A stretch of 62,906 nucleotides of DNA, filler included, from Chrysochromulina tobinii (Eukaryota): the NCBI GenBank assembly GCA_001275005.1. It is 5 parts of 5 records of this genome, joined end to end, with 100 filler letters (N's around TTAATTAATTAA, not from the genome) between each part and the next. Parts side by side here need not be neighbours in the genome. Positions count along the whole stretch, not along the records: positions 1 to 23,401 come from JWZX01001159.1; positions 23,502 to 38,993 come from JWZX01001160.1; 3 more parts are not named here. One strand, 5' to 3'. Shown piece by piece: positions 23,201-34,475 of the stretch. The notes below the pieces were generated by a model. It saw only the letters and a list, made by a program, of their open reading frames with translations. It was not told the origin of the DNA and did no database searches. Both the position numbers and the translations under genes were made by a program. Position 1 is the first letter of the stretch; the number at the start of each line of letters is the position of its first letter.

Positions 23201-23401
23201 TCAGGGACGCAATCAGGGACGCAATCAGGGACGCAATCAGGGACGCAATTAGGGACGCAATCAGGGACGTGAGGCTGACCTTGGCCGTTGAGTCTACGCT
23301 CAGGGCGCCGGCGACGATGATGTCTTGAATGGCGACCCCGCCCTTGCCGCGCACGGCGACGTGATGGAGCGTGTGACGCAGCAGCGCCCACGGGGATGAG
23401 G
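20220..23401 (-). CDS. Multi-exon hypothetical protein (5' end lost in the gap; about 8 repeat-rich introns)
   Basis: Successive open segments ([10 protein letters not shown]..., [10 protein letters not shown]..., [11 protein letters not shown]..., GLRFSSEW..., SPFIEQVLL..., [10 protein letters not shown]...) are separated by repeat-rich GT-AG introns such as 22981-23279. Function unrecognised and some junctions uncertain. Confidence 0.65.
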
Positions 23402-23501
23402 NNNNNNNNNNNNNNNNNNNNNNNNNNNNNNNNNNNNNNNNNNNNTTAATTAATTAANNNNNNNNNNNNNNNNNNNNNNNNNNNNNNNNNNNNNNNNNNN
23501 N
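23402..23501. other. Assembly spacer (N-run + TTAATTAATTAA + N-run)
   Basis: 100-nt spacer identical at four places. The 12-mer gives stops in all six frames. Confidence 0.97.
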
Positions 23502-23546
23502 TTCGGGGGGCGCGCCAACAGGCGCGTCTCGACACCTCCGACTTGC

Positions 23547-23831
23547 CCTCTGCGACGATCGCGGCCCGGCGCCAAAAACGCAGACTTCATCTACGGCTCA
23601 AACTGCGAGGACTGCGGCCCACCTGCGTGCCGGCCGCCGTCCCCGATGACGATCTGCATCAAGCACTGCATGATCGGAATGTCCTCGCACGCCTCGGACG
23701 GCGATTGCGACGGCGGCCCTGGCGCCCAGGAGTTCGCCAATGGCTGCGCCGAATTCGGCCCGCGCTTCCGCCTCATCCGCCCATCTGCGCCGAGACCCCG
23801 AGGACGACGCAAGGGGTTTCGCAGGTTCTGA
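23547..23831 (+). pseudogene. Degenerate Cys-rich extracellular-type repeats (DGDCD[D]GGPGAE...C..GS.C.DCGP)
   Basis: Fragments CDDRGP, YGSNCEDCGP and ASDGDCDGGPGAQEF..C..FGPR lie in shifted frames. Confidence 0.4.
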
Positions 23832-25044
23832 AACTGGGCTTCCGACGCCGATTGCGAGGACGGTGGCCACGGCTCGGAGTCCGCCCTGCCTCGGGGCATG
23901 TGGGGCTAACATGGGGCAACAGTGGACCGGACCAATTTAGTAACATGTAGTAAGGTGCGAAATGCCAGTAGAGTTTAGAGAACTACTCACGTGAGGCCTT
24001 CGAAACGGGAAATCGTCAAACTTCTAACTTGTCAATTCGGGATACGGGAATTCCGGAATTGAATTCGGGGGCTGTGCTCGACTGTGGCGCTGTGCCGGGG
24101 AGAGCCGGGCCCCGGGCTTCCCCGGGCGGGGCGGCAGCACTCAGAGGCGACCCACTCTAAACATTCCGGAGCGCCACAAGAAAAGATACGACTGTGGTAC
24201 GGGGGGTATTTTCGGTTCCGCCAGGACGACGCAAGTGCACTCGGCCTCGCGCCGCGGCGGGTACGCAAAGATACGCTCGACACTGTCGCGTCACGACGAT
24301 GTCGAGGGCACAGTTAGCTTCCGTCGCCGCTGCCGCCGCCACTGCCGCATTGCCGTACGTGCGCACCTTGTACGGCTGCTTCTTCTCGAGCGCGTCAGCG
24401 ACCTTCTGCTTCCCATGCTCGACCTCTGCATGCAGGCGCGCGCGCGAGCGCGGCGGAGCGCTTGCTCGCGCACCTCAGGACGCCGCCAGAGCTCTCGGCT
24501 TCATGGCCTCGAGCCTCACATCATCGCGCTATGGTAGCGCACGTCGCTGACCACCGCGTCCGGATACGCCGCCGCGATGCACGTGTGCATCACATCGAGC
24601 CTGCGATGGAGCTGCGGATTCTCATCGTCGTAGCGCCTGAGCATGAAGAGGTGCTCGGCGGGCGTAGCCCTGCGCTGGTACGTCGCTCGGTGCGGGGTAA
24701 ACCCTCGGCCGGCATGAGCGCAACGGCATCCACGACCACTTCTGCAGGCACCACTGCAGGTGATGTTGGGCAGGGGCGGAAAGGGGGCGCCTTCGACCCA
24801 GTCGTCGCGGTGTGCGCTGCTTGAGCGCGTCGGAGGCACGTCGTCGTCGCCCCACAGGCTTCGCGCTGCGCGCGCGCGCGCAGGCCGTGGTGAAAGGGCA
24901 AAGGACAAAGGACAAAGGACAAAGCCTGCGAAAAAGTCGGTTCCGAGACGACGCAAGATTTTCTGCAGGTTGAGTCCGGCCACCGCGGTGGGGCGTGTTC
25001 TCTCTCTCTTTAGTCAAACAGGGTGCTGCAGAGAAGGGCTCTTG

Positions 25045-26538
25045 ATGGACGATCAACAACTGAATCCGCTGACTGCGATCCGCGCGTACATCCGAACTCC
25101 AATGGATCCAATGGAATCGAATGGGTGGGTCCAAATACAAAGGAAGAACGCTGCGGCGGCAACGATTCAGGCCATGAAGCGTGGCGCTTCTGGTCGTCTT
25201 CAGGTGCAGGCGATAAAGGCGCACGTCGAGGCGCAGACTGAAACGGCGCAGCAGCTTCAGTCAGATGCGGCGAAGAAGCTTCAGGCGTTCGCACGAGGCA
25301 TCGCTGATCGCTCGTGGTTCAAGCGATCGTCCGAGAAGGCTCAGGCGATCGTGCGTGAGATCTCCTCTGATGGTGCCAAGGTGCAGCCGAGCAATGCGGA
25401 GACCTCGACGAGGAAATTAGCCGATGCTATCTTCAAATGTTTGGTTGGCGAAGCGCCCTGCGCGCGCGCGGAGCGTGACGAAACAGAGCTGGCACGTGTG
25501 GCCACAGAGTTCCGTCGTGTTCAGGGTGAGCTGCGCCGAGTGCAGAAGGACGCGGACTCGCTTCGTCAGGACCTCAAGTTGAAGGGCGCCGAAACAGACT
25601 CGCTCCGCCGCCAGCTGGAGTTCGTGAGTCACGAACTGCAGTCGAAGATCACAGAGAATCATGAGCTCGAGACGCATCTTCGAGCTGTGCGCCGCGCAGC
25701 TGAAGCCAAAGCCCATGAGCGTGCACACGGTCACCATCGGTCACCATCGTACGAACCAGCGAAGGGCAGCAGTGAAGGCAAGCAAAAGGCCGAGCTCGAG
25801 GTTGCAAAGGAGCGGCAGGCTGCCGCAGAGGCGACGGCGATGCGCTTACAGAGAGAGCTCGTCGAAGTGCATGCCGAGCTGACAAAGGCCAAGAGCGAGG
25901 AGATCACCAAAGCACCTGCCACAGTCGGGTCCTCGAAGCTGCCGGTCGTGTCCTTGAGGGACTCCGACACGGATGAGATGGCTGAGGAGCGCACGAAGGA
26001 GATGGCCGAGGAGCGCGCCAAGGACATGGCTGAGGAGCGCACGAAGGAGATGGCCGAGGAGCGCGCGAAGGACATGGCTGAGGAGCGCACGAAGGAGATG
26101 GCCGAGGAGCGCGCCAAGCTGCAGGTCGAGTGCTCGAAGCTGCAGCGCCAGATCCAGCGGATCGAGAGCGAGCGCGACCAAAAGGTGGAACGACTCGAGG
26201 CCGAGAAAGCGCAGGCGCAAGCCGCCGCCGCCAAAGCGCTCGAGGCGACGGAAATGTTCCGTGCGCAGCTCAAGGCCGGGAATCAGTTCAGTTGGAGGTC
26301 ACAGCTCGCAGAGCGCGATAAGGAGATTCAGAGTAGCCGGGCGACGATCGAGGGGCTGCGCTCGCAGCTGCAGGCGACGGAGAGGAAGGCGGAGCTGCGA
26401 AGGACGACGGTGAGTCAGCTCGAGGAGCAGCTACGCGCGGCGGAGGAGGTGGGGAGGTTTCACTCGCAGCTGGTGCACCAGCTCGAGAATCAGCTCGAGC
26501 AGCAGAAGAAGATTGTGAGCGAGAGGGGGACGTTATAA
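25045..26538 (+). CDS. Coiled-coil protein with two IQ-like calmodulin-binding motifs and six 8-aa repeats
   Basis: IQ-like AAATIQAMKRG and AAKKLQAFARG. Long heptads. 24-nt repeats (E/D)MAEER(T/A)K at 25975-26117. Confidence 0.75.
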   Translation: MDDQQLNPLTAIRAYIRTPMDPMESNGWVQIQRKNAAAATIQAMKRGASGRLQVQAIKAHVEAQTETAQQLQSDAAKKLQAFARGIADRSWFKRSSEKAQAIVREISSDGAKVQPSNAETSTRKLADAIFKCLVGEAPCARAERDETELARVATEFRRVQGELRRVQKDADSLRQDLKLKGAETDSLRRQLEFVSHELQSKITENHELETHLRAVRRAAEAKAHERAHGHHRSPSYEPAKGSSEGKQKAELEVAKERQAAAEATAMRLQRELVEVHAELTKAKSEEITKAPATVGSSKLPVVSLRDSDTDEMAEERTKEMAEERAKDMAEERTKEMAEERAKDMAEERTKEMAEERAKLQVECSKLQRQIQRIESERDQKVERLEAEKAQAQAAAAKALEATEMFRAQLKAGNQFSWRSQLAERDKEIQSSRATIEGLRSQLQATERKAELRRTTVSQLEEQLRAAEEVGRFHSQLVHQLENQLEQQKKIVSERGTL

Positions 26539-26714
26539 ACATGTTGAAGAAGTTAAATAATGGGGCGGGAGAGGCCCTTTTGGCGCGTGAAAATGTTCGA
26601 TCAACTTTTTCTGCCCCCGAAACCGCTGAGGGCTCACCGCATGTGTGTAGCTGTTTACGTGTTGGTGTGAATTCAAATGAATTCACATGAACAGTCCGCT
26701 TGACCAGGGGCACA

Positions 26715-29700
26715 ATGGCTGCCGCCCTCTCAATCTCGCCCGACGGGCGTCACGCCGCTGTTGCGGGTCGCGACCTGCTGCGCTGCGTGGACCTTACCGA
26801 CCCTAGCAGCTCAATCGAGACGGGCCACAACCTGCTCGCGCAAACGCGCAAGAACATGAATCTGAGCAGCAACGATGTGCAATGGCGACCGATGCATGAT
26901 GGGCAGCTGGCGACGGGCGCGCCCACCGGCGACGTGCTCCTCTGGGATTGCGAACGCCGCGGCAATGCGCTGCTTCGCACGATGCGTGGCAACAACTCCC
27001 GCGCGATCAACAGGCTGTGCTTCAGCCCGTCGCAGCCGTCGCAGCTGCTCGTCGCAGCCAACGAGCGCACTGTGCGCCTTTGGGATATTGGCCAGCACCT
27101 CTCGACGCAGCAGCTCGCCTTTGGAACCGCCGGCGAGGTGCGCGATGTGCAGTTCTGCCCACACGCGCCCACGCGCTTCGCGGCCGCGCTCGAAAACGGC
27201 GCGGTGCAATTCTTCGACGTGCGCTCGAACAAGCAACCTCTGCTGCAGCTGCAAGCGCACCAAGGCCCAGTCTACTGCCTCGAGTGGCACCCGGAGGAAC
27301 GCAACGTGCTCGCAACTGGTGGGCGCGATAAGGCCGTGCGCGTGTGGGATTTGAGTGCCGCGCTGCCCGCGCCGGCGCCGTCGCAGGCCAAGGGCGGCGG
27401 TGGCGGGTTGGGCATGCTCGCCGGCTTTGGTGGGTGGAGCGACCACGAGAAACCAACGCCGCCGCCGAGTGGACTCGGGAGCAGCGCCGCGACGCAGGTG
27501 CACGCGATCCTCACCCTTGCGGCGGTGGGTCGTATCAAGTGGCGGCCGACGTCCAGCGGCGGTAGTGCCGAGAGCCGTACGTCGGTGGAACAGCAGCGCT
27601 GGCACCTCGCGTCCAGTGCCGTCCAGTACGATTGCCAGCCGCACGTGTGGGACGCGCGTCGACCCTCGATTGCGCTGCACTCGCTCCCGGGACATAAGGA
27701 TGTGTGCACGGGGATCGGGTTCCTGGGCGCGCCAGTGGCGCCGGTGGGCGACGTGCTGCTCGCCCTTTCCAAAGATGGGATGCTGCAACGCCATGTGCTC
27801 TCGGAGCATCCGGCTCCTTACGCAGACGTTCCGCCTGTAGCGATCTGCTGGTCACCTTCAGGCCATCTCGTGGGGGCGTACAACCCGATGGTTGTGACAC
27901 TGCGGGAGGCTCACGCGCTTGCTCGGGTGCCCGGGGAGCCTCACTCGCCGATCTGGAAGCCTCACACTCCGCTGGGCTCTCCGACCATCAGTGCTTCGGT
28001 GCCGCCCACCTCTTCGACGCCAAGCTCGCCGCGCCTGGCACCCCAGCGGCATGCGGCGGCCATGGCACTATCTCCGATGAGCTCAGCTCGCACCAGCACG
28101 GCGAACCGCTCGGGGCGACTGCCCTCGGTGGCACGAGTCATTCACTCGCCCAGCGGTAGAGCGACTGATCCGCGTTCGATGGTCACTGAGGCGCCGGTAG
28201 TGGGGGGCGCGGCCGGCCAGGACGATGTCTCCTCAGAGGAGGCACGCATTACGTTTTACGAGGCACGCGCCATCACGCTCGCTACCGAACGTGCGATCCT
28301 CGAGCCCCTTTTGGTGGAGGCGCTTCTGGCGGGCGCGGGCGGACCGGGCGCCGCCGCCGTGGCGGCGGCAGCGGCGGCGGCGGTGTCTACTAGCCAAGAC
28401 GCTCTTTGGCAAGCGCGCGCGCTCGAAAGCTACCCGTCAACCACATTGTTATCGACCACCTCTACACGCGCGAGCGAGAGAGGCGACTCGCGACAGGTCT
28501 TCCCGCCATCGCTACAGGCGCTACCGCCGCCCATGTGCGCATTGCCCGCATCCCTCTCAGGCACTTTCGGAGCCGTTAGGACACGACATGATTCCAAGGC
28601 GGCTGACTCGAGGGTGGCTGTGCCGGGCCAAGAAGGTGGCGCAGCTCGCGGTGGCAGCGGCCGCGGCAGCGGTGGCGCGTCGGCACACTTGGCTGCCGAT
28701 GTCGCGCTGCTGCCGCCGCCGCTGCTGCCCTCGCTGCCGTTGCCGCCGCCCATCACCTCACCGCTGCTGCGTCCTGCAATTGTCGTTCCCACCTCACCGC
28801 TGCTGCTTCCCACTGACCAAACGCCGCCACGGGCGCTGCTGTCGGCTGAGCTGGAGGCGGAGATGGAGGCGGAGATGGAGGCTGCCCTGGCGGAGGTGCC
28901 AACTGAGACGGAGCGGTTAGTTCAGTTGGCGCGCGGCTATCGTACGTGTGGGGCATCCGTGTCTGAGCTCTGCGCGCACAATGCAAGAGTGGCAGCCGCG
29001 GCTGGCGCCGAGCAGCTCGCGCACACATGGCAGATGCTCCATTTCCTCCTCCTGTCAGCGGCCGAGACGGTCGCGGCCACGGCGACGGGGCCAACGGCGC
29101 CGGGACCGGGGCTCACGGCTGCGGCGGGGCCGACAGGTGGGGTGGGCCCGACGGGTGGGGCGGGGCCGACGGGAGGGGCGGCTCCTCCAGCAGCGGCGGC
29201 GTTGAAGTCGGTGGGAGCGCTCAGGGCGGGCACTGGGGCGGGTACAATGACGGGCACGGGGCCGTTGGTGATGGCTGGCGCTGTGCCCGCCGTCGCAGCC
29301 GAGGGAGCCTCGATGACGATGACTCTTGCCCTGCGGCCCGCGAGCGAAGCCCACGCGGACGCGGACACGGACGCGCAGCACGCGACGCTCGATCTCGTGA
29401 GCCGAGCTCAGGCGGCTCTTCTTGAGTCCGTCCTTCCGACGATCGCGTCCCTGATGCGCTATCACGCGGAACGGGGCGACGCCCAGACGTGCGCCGTGCT
29501 CGCGCGCACGCTGCTACCCGTCGCGCCCAATCTTTCGCCCAAGGCACGCGTGCTCCGGCATGAGATTGCATACGTGGAGCGGCTGCAGTCGCTGCAGCTC
29601 TTTGGCCTTGCCAATGAGGTGATCAAGCAGAGCCATGACGAAGGGGTACACTCCCTCAACCAGCGCTCGACAAGCGTGCACGTGGGCGGCGGCGGCGCTT

Positions 29701-29984
29701 CCGCCTCGCGCAACGTGCCGCCCCTTGCGATCTGCTCCATCTGCCAGTTGCCGGTTCGCGGCATGCACGCGTGGTGCCAGGGGTGCGGCCACGGTGGGCA
29801 CGCTCATCACATGCGCGAATGGTTTCAGACGTCGCTCGAATGCCCAACGGGATGCGGCCACCGTTGCCTACGGCGCACGGTCAGGAAAGCAGCCGCTCTG
29901 CCGCCCTCGGACGCAGTGCCTTCTCGTTTCGAGGCGCTGCCGCTCGCGACCGTCGCTGCGCTGTGCATGCCATGCCCAGACTAA
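26715..29984 (+). CDS. WDR24: GATOR2 complex subunit WDR24 (Sea2/Rtc1)
   Basis: N-terminal WD40 repeats (LATGGRDKAVRVWD, VGRIKWRP, VWDARRP). C-terminal RING CSICQLPV...WCQGCGHGGH..HM..WF....CPTGCGHRC is typical of WDR24. Confidence 0.88.
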   Translation: MAAALSISPDGRHAAVAGRDLLRCVDLTDPSSSIETGHNLLAQTRKNMNLSSNDVQWRPMHDGQLATGAPTGDVLLWDCERRGNALLRTMRGNNSRAINRLCFSPSQPSQLLVAANERTVRLWDIGQHLSTQQLAFGTAGEVRDVQFCPHAPTRFAAALENGAVQFFDVRSNKQPLLQLQAHQGPVYCLEWHPEERNVLATGGRDKAVRVWDLSAALPAPAPSQAKGGGGGLGMLAGFGGWSDHEKPTPPPSGLGSSAATQVHAILTLAAVGRIKWRPTSSGGSAESRTSVEQQRWHLASSAVQYDCQPHVWDARRPSIALHSLPGHKDVCTGIGFLGAPVAPVGDVLLALSKDGMLQRHVLSEHPAPYADVPPVAICWSPSGHLVGAYNPMVVTLREAHALARVPGEPHSPIWKPHTPLGSPTISASVPPTSSTPSSPRLAPQRHAAAMALSPMSSARTSTANRSGRLPSVARVIHSPSGRATDPRSMVTEAPVVGGAAGQDDVSSEEARITFYEARAITLATERAILEPLLVEALLAGAGGPGAAAVAAAAAAAVSTSQDALWQARALESYPSTTLLSTTSTRASERGDSRQVFPPSLQALPPPMCALPASLSGTFGAVRTRHDSKAADSRVAVPGQEGGAARGGSGRGSGGASAHLAADVALLPPPLLPSLPLPPPITSPLLRPAIVVPTSPLLLPTDQTPPRALLSAELEAEMEAEMEAALAEVPTETERLVQLARGYRTCGASVSELCAHNARVAAAAGAEQLAHTWQMLHFLLLSAAETVAATATGPTAPGPGLTAAAGPTGGVGPTGGAGPTGGAAPPAAAALKSVGALRAGTGAGTMTGTGPLVMAGAVPAVAAEGASMTMTLALRPASEAHADADTDAQHATLDLVSRAQAALLESVLPTIASLMRYHAERGDAQTCAVLARTLLPVAPNLSPKARVLRHEIAYVERLQSLQLFGLANEVIKQSHDEGVHSLNQRSTSVHVGGGGASASRNVPPLAICSICQLPVRGMHAWCQGCGHGGHAHHMREWFQTSLECPTGCGHRCLRRTVRKAAALPPSDAVPSRFEALPLATVAALCMPCPD

Positions 29985-30557
29985 AACGGCTTCCGAAGTG
30001 CCAGCCCGGTCTCCTGGGGCGCCGGCGCGGGCGTTTCCGTTTGTACGACGTTGTACCGCGCGGCTCCCGCGGGCGGCGGGGCGTTGCGCTGCCCCGGTGT
30101 GGTCGCGGTATACAAACGCGCGTAAAAGTTGTCGAATGTTGGGCCACGAAGTTCTCCGTACGGTATTTATGTCGTTCGAGGGATGTTGCATGTTCAGAAC
30201 ATGAGAGAGACACCATAACACAATCATCCCGCGCGCACGCGGACTCAGTGCGGGACTCACAGGCACAACGACACGTCACACACCCAGGTGGCCAGTACTC
30301 CACTCTGACGCCACTCGTACGCCCAGTACGAATTACCACCCGCGGCGCTTGCGGTGGGTACGCGTGCATGATGCCTTCGCACGAGATCGGCACGTCCAGC
30401 ATGCACCCAACAGAGCGAGCGGCGCCCCCGGTAGCTCATCGCCCAGCCACTCTCTCCCAGGGGCATCTTCGGGTATCTCGCCCCCACCACTGCGTGCCGC
30501 TCGACGTCTACACTGCTACACGGCGGCCGCGGCAGCGGCGCACGGCCAGGGGCCAGC

Positions 30558-31505
30558 TTAGCCGAAGAAGCGGCGGAGCGGTACCGTGTTCCACTTCTCG
30601 GCCTCGTCCTGCGCGGCGAACTGCGAGCGGTACTTGCGTTCGACAAAGTCGCGCTTCGCCTGCAACTGCTTCGCCTTCTCTTCAGCGACCGTGAAGTCGA
30701 TGGCGCGCTCTTTTTTGTCGCGCGTGACGGACCGCTTCTTCTCGCGGTACATCTCGTCCATGTTCTTGTTCTTGAGCTCGCGCGTCGTCTGCGCCGCCGA
30801 CTTGCCCACGTCGGCGCGGATGGCGTAGAGCCCGTTGATCTGATCGCGCTCCGCCTTCCACGCGATCGAATCCTGCCGCGTCACCTGACCCGCAAGCTTC
30901 TTTCGGATGGCCACCTGCTTGGCCGCATCGAGGACCGCCGCCTCGGTCTGCGCCTTGCTCAGCGCCGCCACATGCTGGTTCTCCATCAGCATCTGCTGCC
31001 GCACCTCCTCAACCTGGCGCTTCACCTCAATGCGCATCATCGTGCCCTGCTTGCGCTCCTCCTGGTCCACCGCTGCCTCCTGCGCGTCGAGGCGCGCGTC
31101 GAGTGCGTTCGCGATCAGCACGCGCTTGCGCGCCTCCTCGCGGAAGCCCTCGTGCGCCTGCTCGCGCTCAACCTGCCACTCGGCCTCGGTCGCGCGGATC
31201 GAGCGAACCAGGTTCTGGTTCTTCTCCCGCGTGAGGTCTTGGTGCAACTTGGCGCGCGCGTTGGTTGCGAGAATGGCATCGCGGTTGGCCTGGGCCTTGC
31301 TGAGCCGCTGCTGCTGCAATTCCTCCCGCTGGCGGAGGCGCTCCTCCCTCTCAATTCGGCCCTGAGTTGCCAGTCTGCTGTTCTCGTCGGCGACGGCAAA
31401 CTTGGCGATGCGGGTGAGCGGGAGGGCGGACTCGCGCGGCGGCGAGTTTGGCCGCGGCGGCGAGGCGAACATGGCCTTCAATTCATCCACCTCCGTGGCC
31501 GGCAT
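30558..31505 (-). CDS. Coiled-coil hypothetical protein
   Basis: Intronless E/K/R/Q-rich helical ORF with strong GC3 bias. Confidence 0.7.
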   Translation of the reverse strand: MPATEVDELKAMFASPPRPNSPPRESALPLTRIAKFAVADENSRLATQGRIEREERLRQREELQQQRLSKAQANRDAILATNARAKLHQDLTREKNQNLVRSIRATEAEWQVEREQAHEGFREEARKRVLIANALDARLDAQEAAVDQEERKQGTMMRIEVKRQVEEVRQQMLMENQHVAALSKAQTEAAVLDAAKQVAIRKKLAGQVTRQDSIAWKAERDQINGLYAIRADVGKSAAQTTRELKNKNMDEMYREKKRSVTRDKKERAIDFTVAEEKAKQLQAKRDFVERKYRSQFAAQDEAEKWNTVPLRRFFG

Positions 31506-32418
31506 GCAGACTGCGCGTGCCAGGAGCGAGCGTCGGTCCGAAAGGATACCGAATGCTGCGAAAGCAAACTTGCTGTCGCCAAAGTTTGTCGCGGTTTCGA
31601 GTCCGTCGACACGGCGCGCCGGAAACTGCGCCATCCGCGAAAATAGTATCTATTACTCACACCCGCTTCAGTTCTCAGCGTGTTTTGTTTTCCTCCTCTC
31701 TTCCAGTACATGTAAATGTTAGTATGAGGAACCCCTGTGGTATACATGTACATGTACCGCTTACCGGCGCCAAGCCATTGCGCCAAGCGGGAGACGCAGA
31801 CGGTACCGCGCTCTGACCTCTGTAAAATCCAATGGTTATGGTAAAAACCCTCAGCGCGCTGTAACCTGTAAGATCAATCGAAAGTGTCTACGAGTAGTCG
31901 AGTACATGTACTCGTAGCGTAGAGTGCGTGCAGTCTGCAGTGCTGCGCGAGTGTGCGACTCCGCGCTGAGACCTGAGTGGTGGAGACCTTACATGTACAC
32001 CTGAGACCTGTGTCCCTAGTTACCCTAGTGCCAAAGTCGAAAGGGCAACGAGTGCCCTACCCTGATCCAACCACCAACGTTTCCGTTGACCGTTCGAGAG
32101 CGTGACGACGGGACGTCGGGACGACCTCGCGAGTGCTCGAACGGAGACACGAGAGATGTGACGCTGACGGTGACGCGTGACGGGTCTAAAGCCTGAGAAA
32201 AAGAACCTCGTCCCACATGGTGGATGGCAGCGGTTTACTGGCGCTATACAAGACAGACACGCGGGGCTAATATTAATGATCAATGACACGATCGTACTTC
32301 GAGACCCGAGGTGTCTGAGCCTGCTCAGCTATGCAAGTGCTGGCTGCTCATGCCGAGCGTCCCCGAGTGGCTGGCACAATTCTTATGCGAATAGACCCCT
32401 CTCACTTGACGAGCTCGA

Positions 32419-32847
32419 TCATACAGAATGCTCTTCATCCTCCTCCTCGTCGTCATCGTCGAAGAAAAGCACCTCACTAAGCGAGGGTGGTGCGCCGACC
32501 AGCGATCTCAGGCTGGGCTCTTTGCGCAACGCTTGGCGGAGGAGGGACTGATCTGCCTTGAGGAGCGAGAGGGTGGCCTCCTGCTTGGCTGCCAGATCGA
32601 CAATGGTACCCGACGATGGTGTTGCGAACTCGCGTTTCACTGCGCACCGAGGTGGCAGGAAGAGCTCGGCCGGTGTCTCGCCAACCATTGCGGTGATTGA
32701 CGCGGGCGACGCAAGAGTGGGTGAGCTCTGGACAATGGCGCGCGCCATCTTCTCGGAGATGATCGCCGCACTCTCCTCCTGTTTCCTGCGCACGCGCTCC
32801 TCCATGAGCGCCATTGAGGTCTCTAGCAATCTGGCAACCGGCTCCAT
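32419..32847 (-). CDS. Hypothetical protein with acidic C-terminus
   Basis: ORF MEPVARLL...FFDDDDEEEDEEHSV, divergent from the 33051 gene. Confidence 0.45.
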   Translation of the reverse strand: MEPVARLLETSMALMEERVRRKQEESAAIISEKMARAIVQSSPTLASPASITAMVGETPAELFLPPRCAVKREFATPSSGTIVDLAAKQEATLSLLKADQSLLRQALRKEPSLRSLVGAPPSLSEVLFFDDDDEEEDEEHSV

Positions 32848-33050
32848 GATCAGATCAGTCCAGCCAAGAGCTCCAACTGTTCTCGGCGGGAGGATAGGCG
32901 AGTGCTCGAAAACCAGACGAAACTTGACGTCCGTGTACCTTTTGTCGTGATTTTGCAAGGTTGCAATCGTGATCCTGACCGACTGACTGCTCCTGGTCTT
33001 AGGGGACCGCTCGAGGTCGAAAGCGTCGCCTTGACCCGTTTTTTCGAATC

Positions 33051-33668
33051 ATGTCGGCCATTCCTGCCTCTCCGTCCTTGTACATTCCGTTCGGCGCGCG
33101 TCAACCCATCGATTCGAAAGCGTATGACTCCTACGACGAATTCGATGTGCCCTCCGAGAGTGAGCCACCTTTCGCTGGCAACGCGTCCGATAGTGCTTCC
33201 GAGAGTCCACCCACTCAGCAGCAAGGCGTCTTTGTCTCCGAAGCGGAGCTGCTTGCCCTCAAGCAGTGGGCCGCGCGCACCGAGGAGGAGCTGAAGCAGC
33301 AGGTAACTGCGCGTGACGAGGAGATGCGGGTGCTGCGAGATCGTCTCGCCGCAAGCGAGGCAGCACTCAGAGCGGCACAACGCAAGGACGGAGCCGGGCG
33401 GCGGGATTTGGAAGTCGCAGAGGAGGACGAAGACGTGCCTAGCGGAGCGTCCTCGCGCCACACGACGAGCGCAAGGCGATCATCTCGAGAGACTAATGCT
33501 CTCGCGCTCGAGCTCTCATCTCGCCGCCGAGCGGAGGGCTCCGCACGCCGTCGAGCTGAGTCTTCAAAGCTGCAATCAGAGTGGCGCGCTGCGCGCACCG
33601 CGTTGGCGAGCGCCAAGGCGCCAGACGAGAGCGCCAAAGCGGTCGCTGCTGACGCCGAGGGCTCATAG
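33051..33668 (+). CDS. Coiled-coil hypothetical protein
   Basis: 205-aa ORF with heptad segment LKQWAARTEEELKQQV...LRAAQR. Confidence 0.55.
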   Translation: MSAIPASPSLYIPFGARQPIDSKAYDSYDEFDVPSESEPPFAGNASDSASESPPTQQQGVFVSEAELLALKQWAARTEEELKQQVTARDEEMRVLRDRLAASEAALRAAQRKDGAGRRDLEVAEEDEDVPSGASSRHTTSARRSSRETNALALELSSRRRAEGSARRRAESSKLQSEWRAARTALASAKAPDESAKAVAADAEGS

Positions 33669-34475
33669 TACTGTGTGTATAAACAAAAACACATAACCAT
33701 TCGCTAGATCTTCTCAAGAGTCGACAGACGACACGCTGTGCCACAACACCAGAGCGCGCGACCGAGAGAGGCGCAGCACACCGCCAATCTCGCACAATGG
33801 TCGAACTGCCGTTGTGAAACTGCATCATCGCATCACTCACATTCATCAGTTGGCAACTACCAATCCAATCGGTAGCGACCTGAAAGTCAGCGCCCTCAGT
33901 CCATTTTCTGGCTGCAAAAGGTCCTTTGCGGAGCCACCATTGCTTGCACTGTGCAGAAGAAGATGGTGCCCACAAAGGCCGCAAGCGCAACCAACTCTGT
34001 CATTCCGAGTCCGCTGCCAAAACCAAGATCGAAGCCGCTCGACGAGGCGAAGTCACTCGCCTTGAAAATGGGAGGGCCGCGCTCTTCCATTCGCAGGTTC
34101 ACGGCCATGGGACAGGACTTTTGAGAAATGGTCAGCGCCTCAGTGAATCGACAAGCGTGTACGCACCGAACGGCCACTACCACACGAAACACTGCCATAG
34201 AGCTGCTTTTGCGAAAGGTCAGCTCGCGAGTTCGAATCACAGTTATAACCCAAAAGTGAGTGAATTGGTCGGGGGAACGACAAGTTTGGGGCGTTCTTCA
34301 GTCGAGTTGACACAACACTGGGACCTGTCACCAATGACTCGGGACGAGTTTTCATATCAAAAGAACAAAACCACCACCTTCATTCACAGTAAATATTCAC
34401 AGCCACGTCGTCTTGATTTCCTGCGTCCTGACTCAGAGATTTTCCCAGAATCAAGGCTCTATTGTCTACAGAGCT

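Noticed and set aside
23402..23501. TTAATTAATTAA palindrome inside N-runs (four places)
   Set aside because: Identical 100-nt artificial contig spacer, not biological. Adjacency across these gaps is unproven.
24157..24860. Possible selenoprotein read-through at TGA 24516-24518
   Set aside because: No redox motif or SECIS was recognised, and a second TGA follows. It looks like a frameshifted fragment that I cannot identify.
33769..34450. ORFs between the 33051 gene and the DnaJ 3' end
   Set aside because: No codon bias or motif. Treated as intergenic/UTR.
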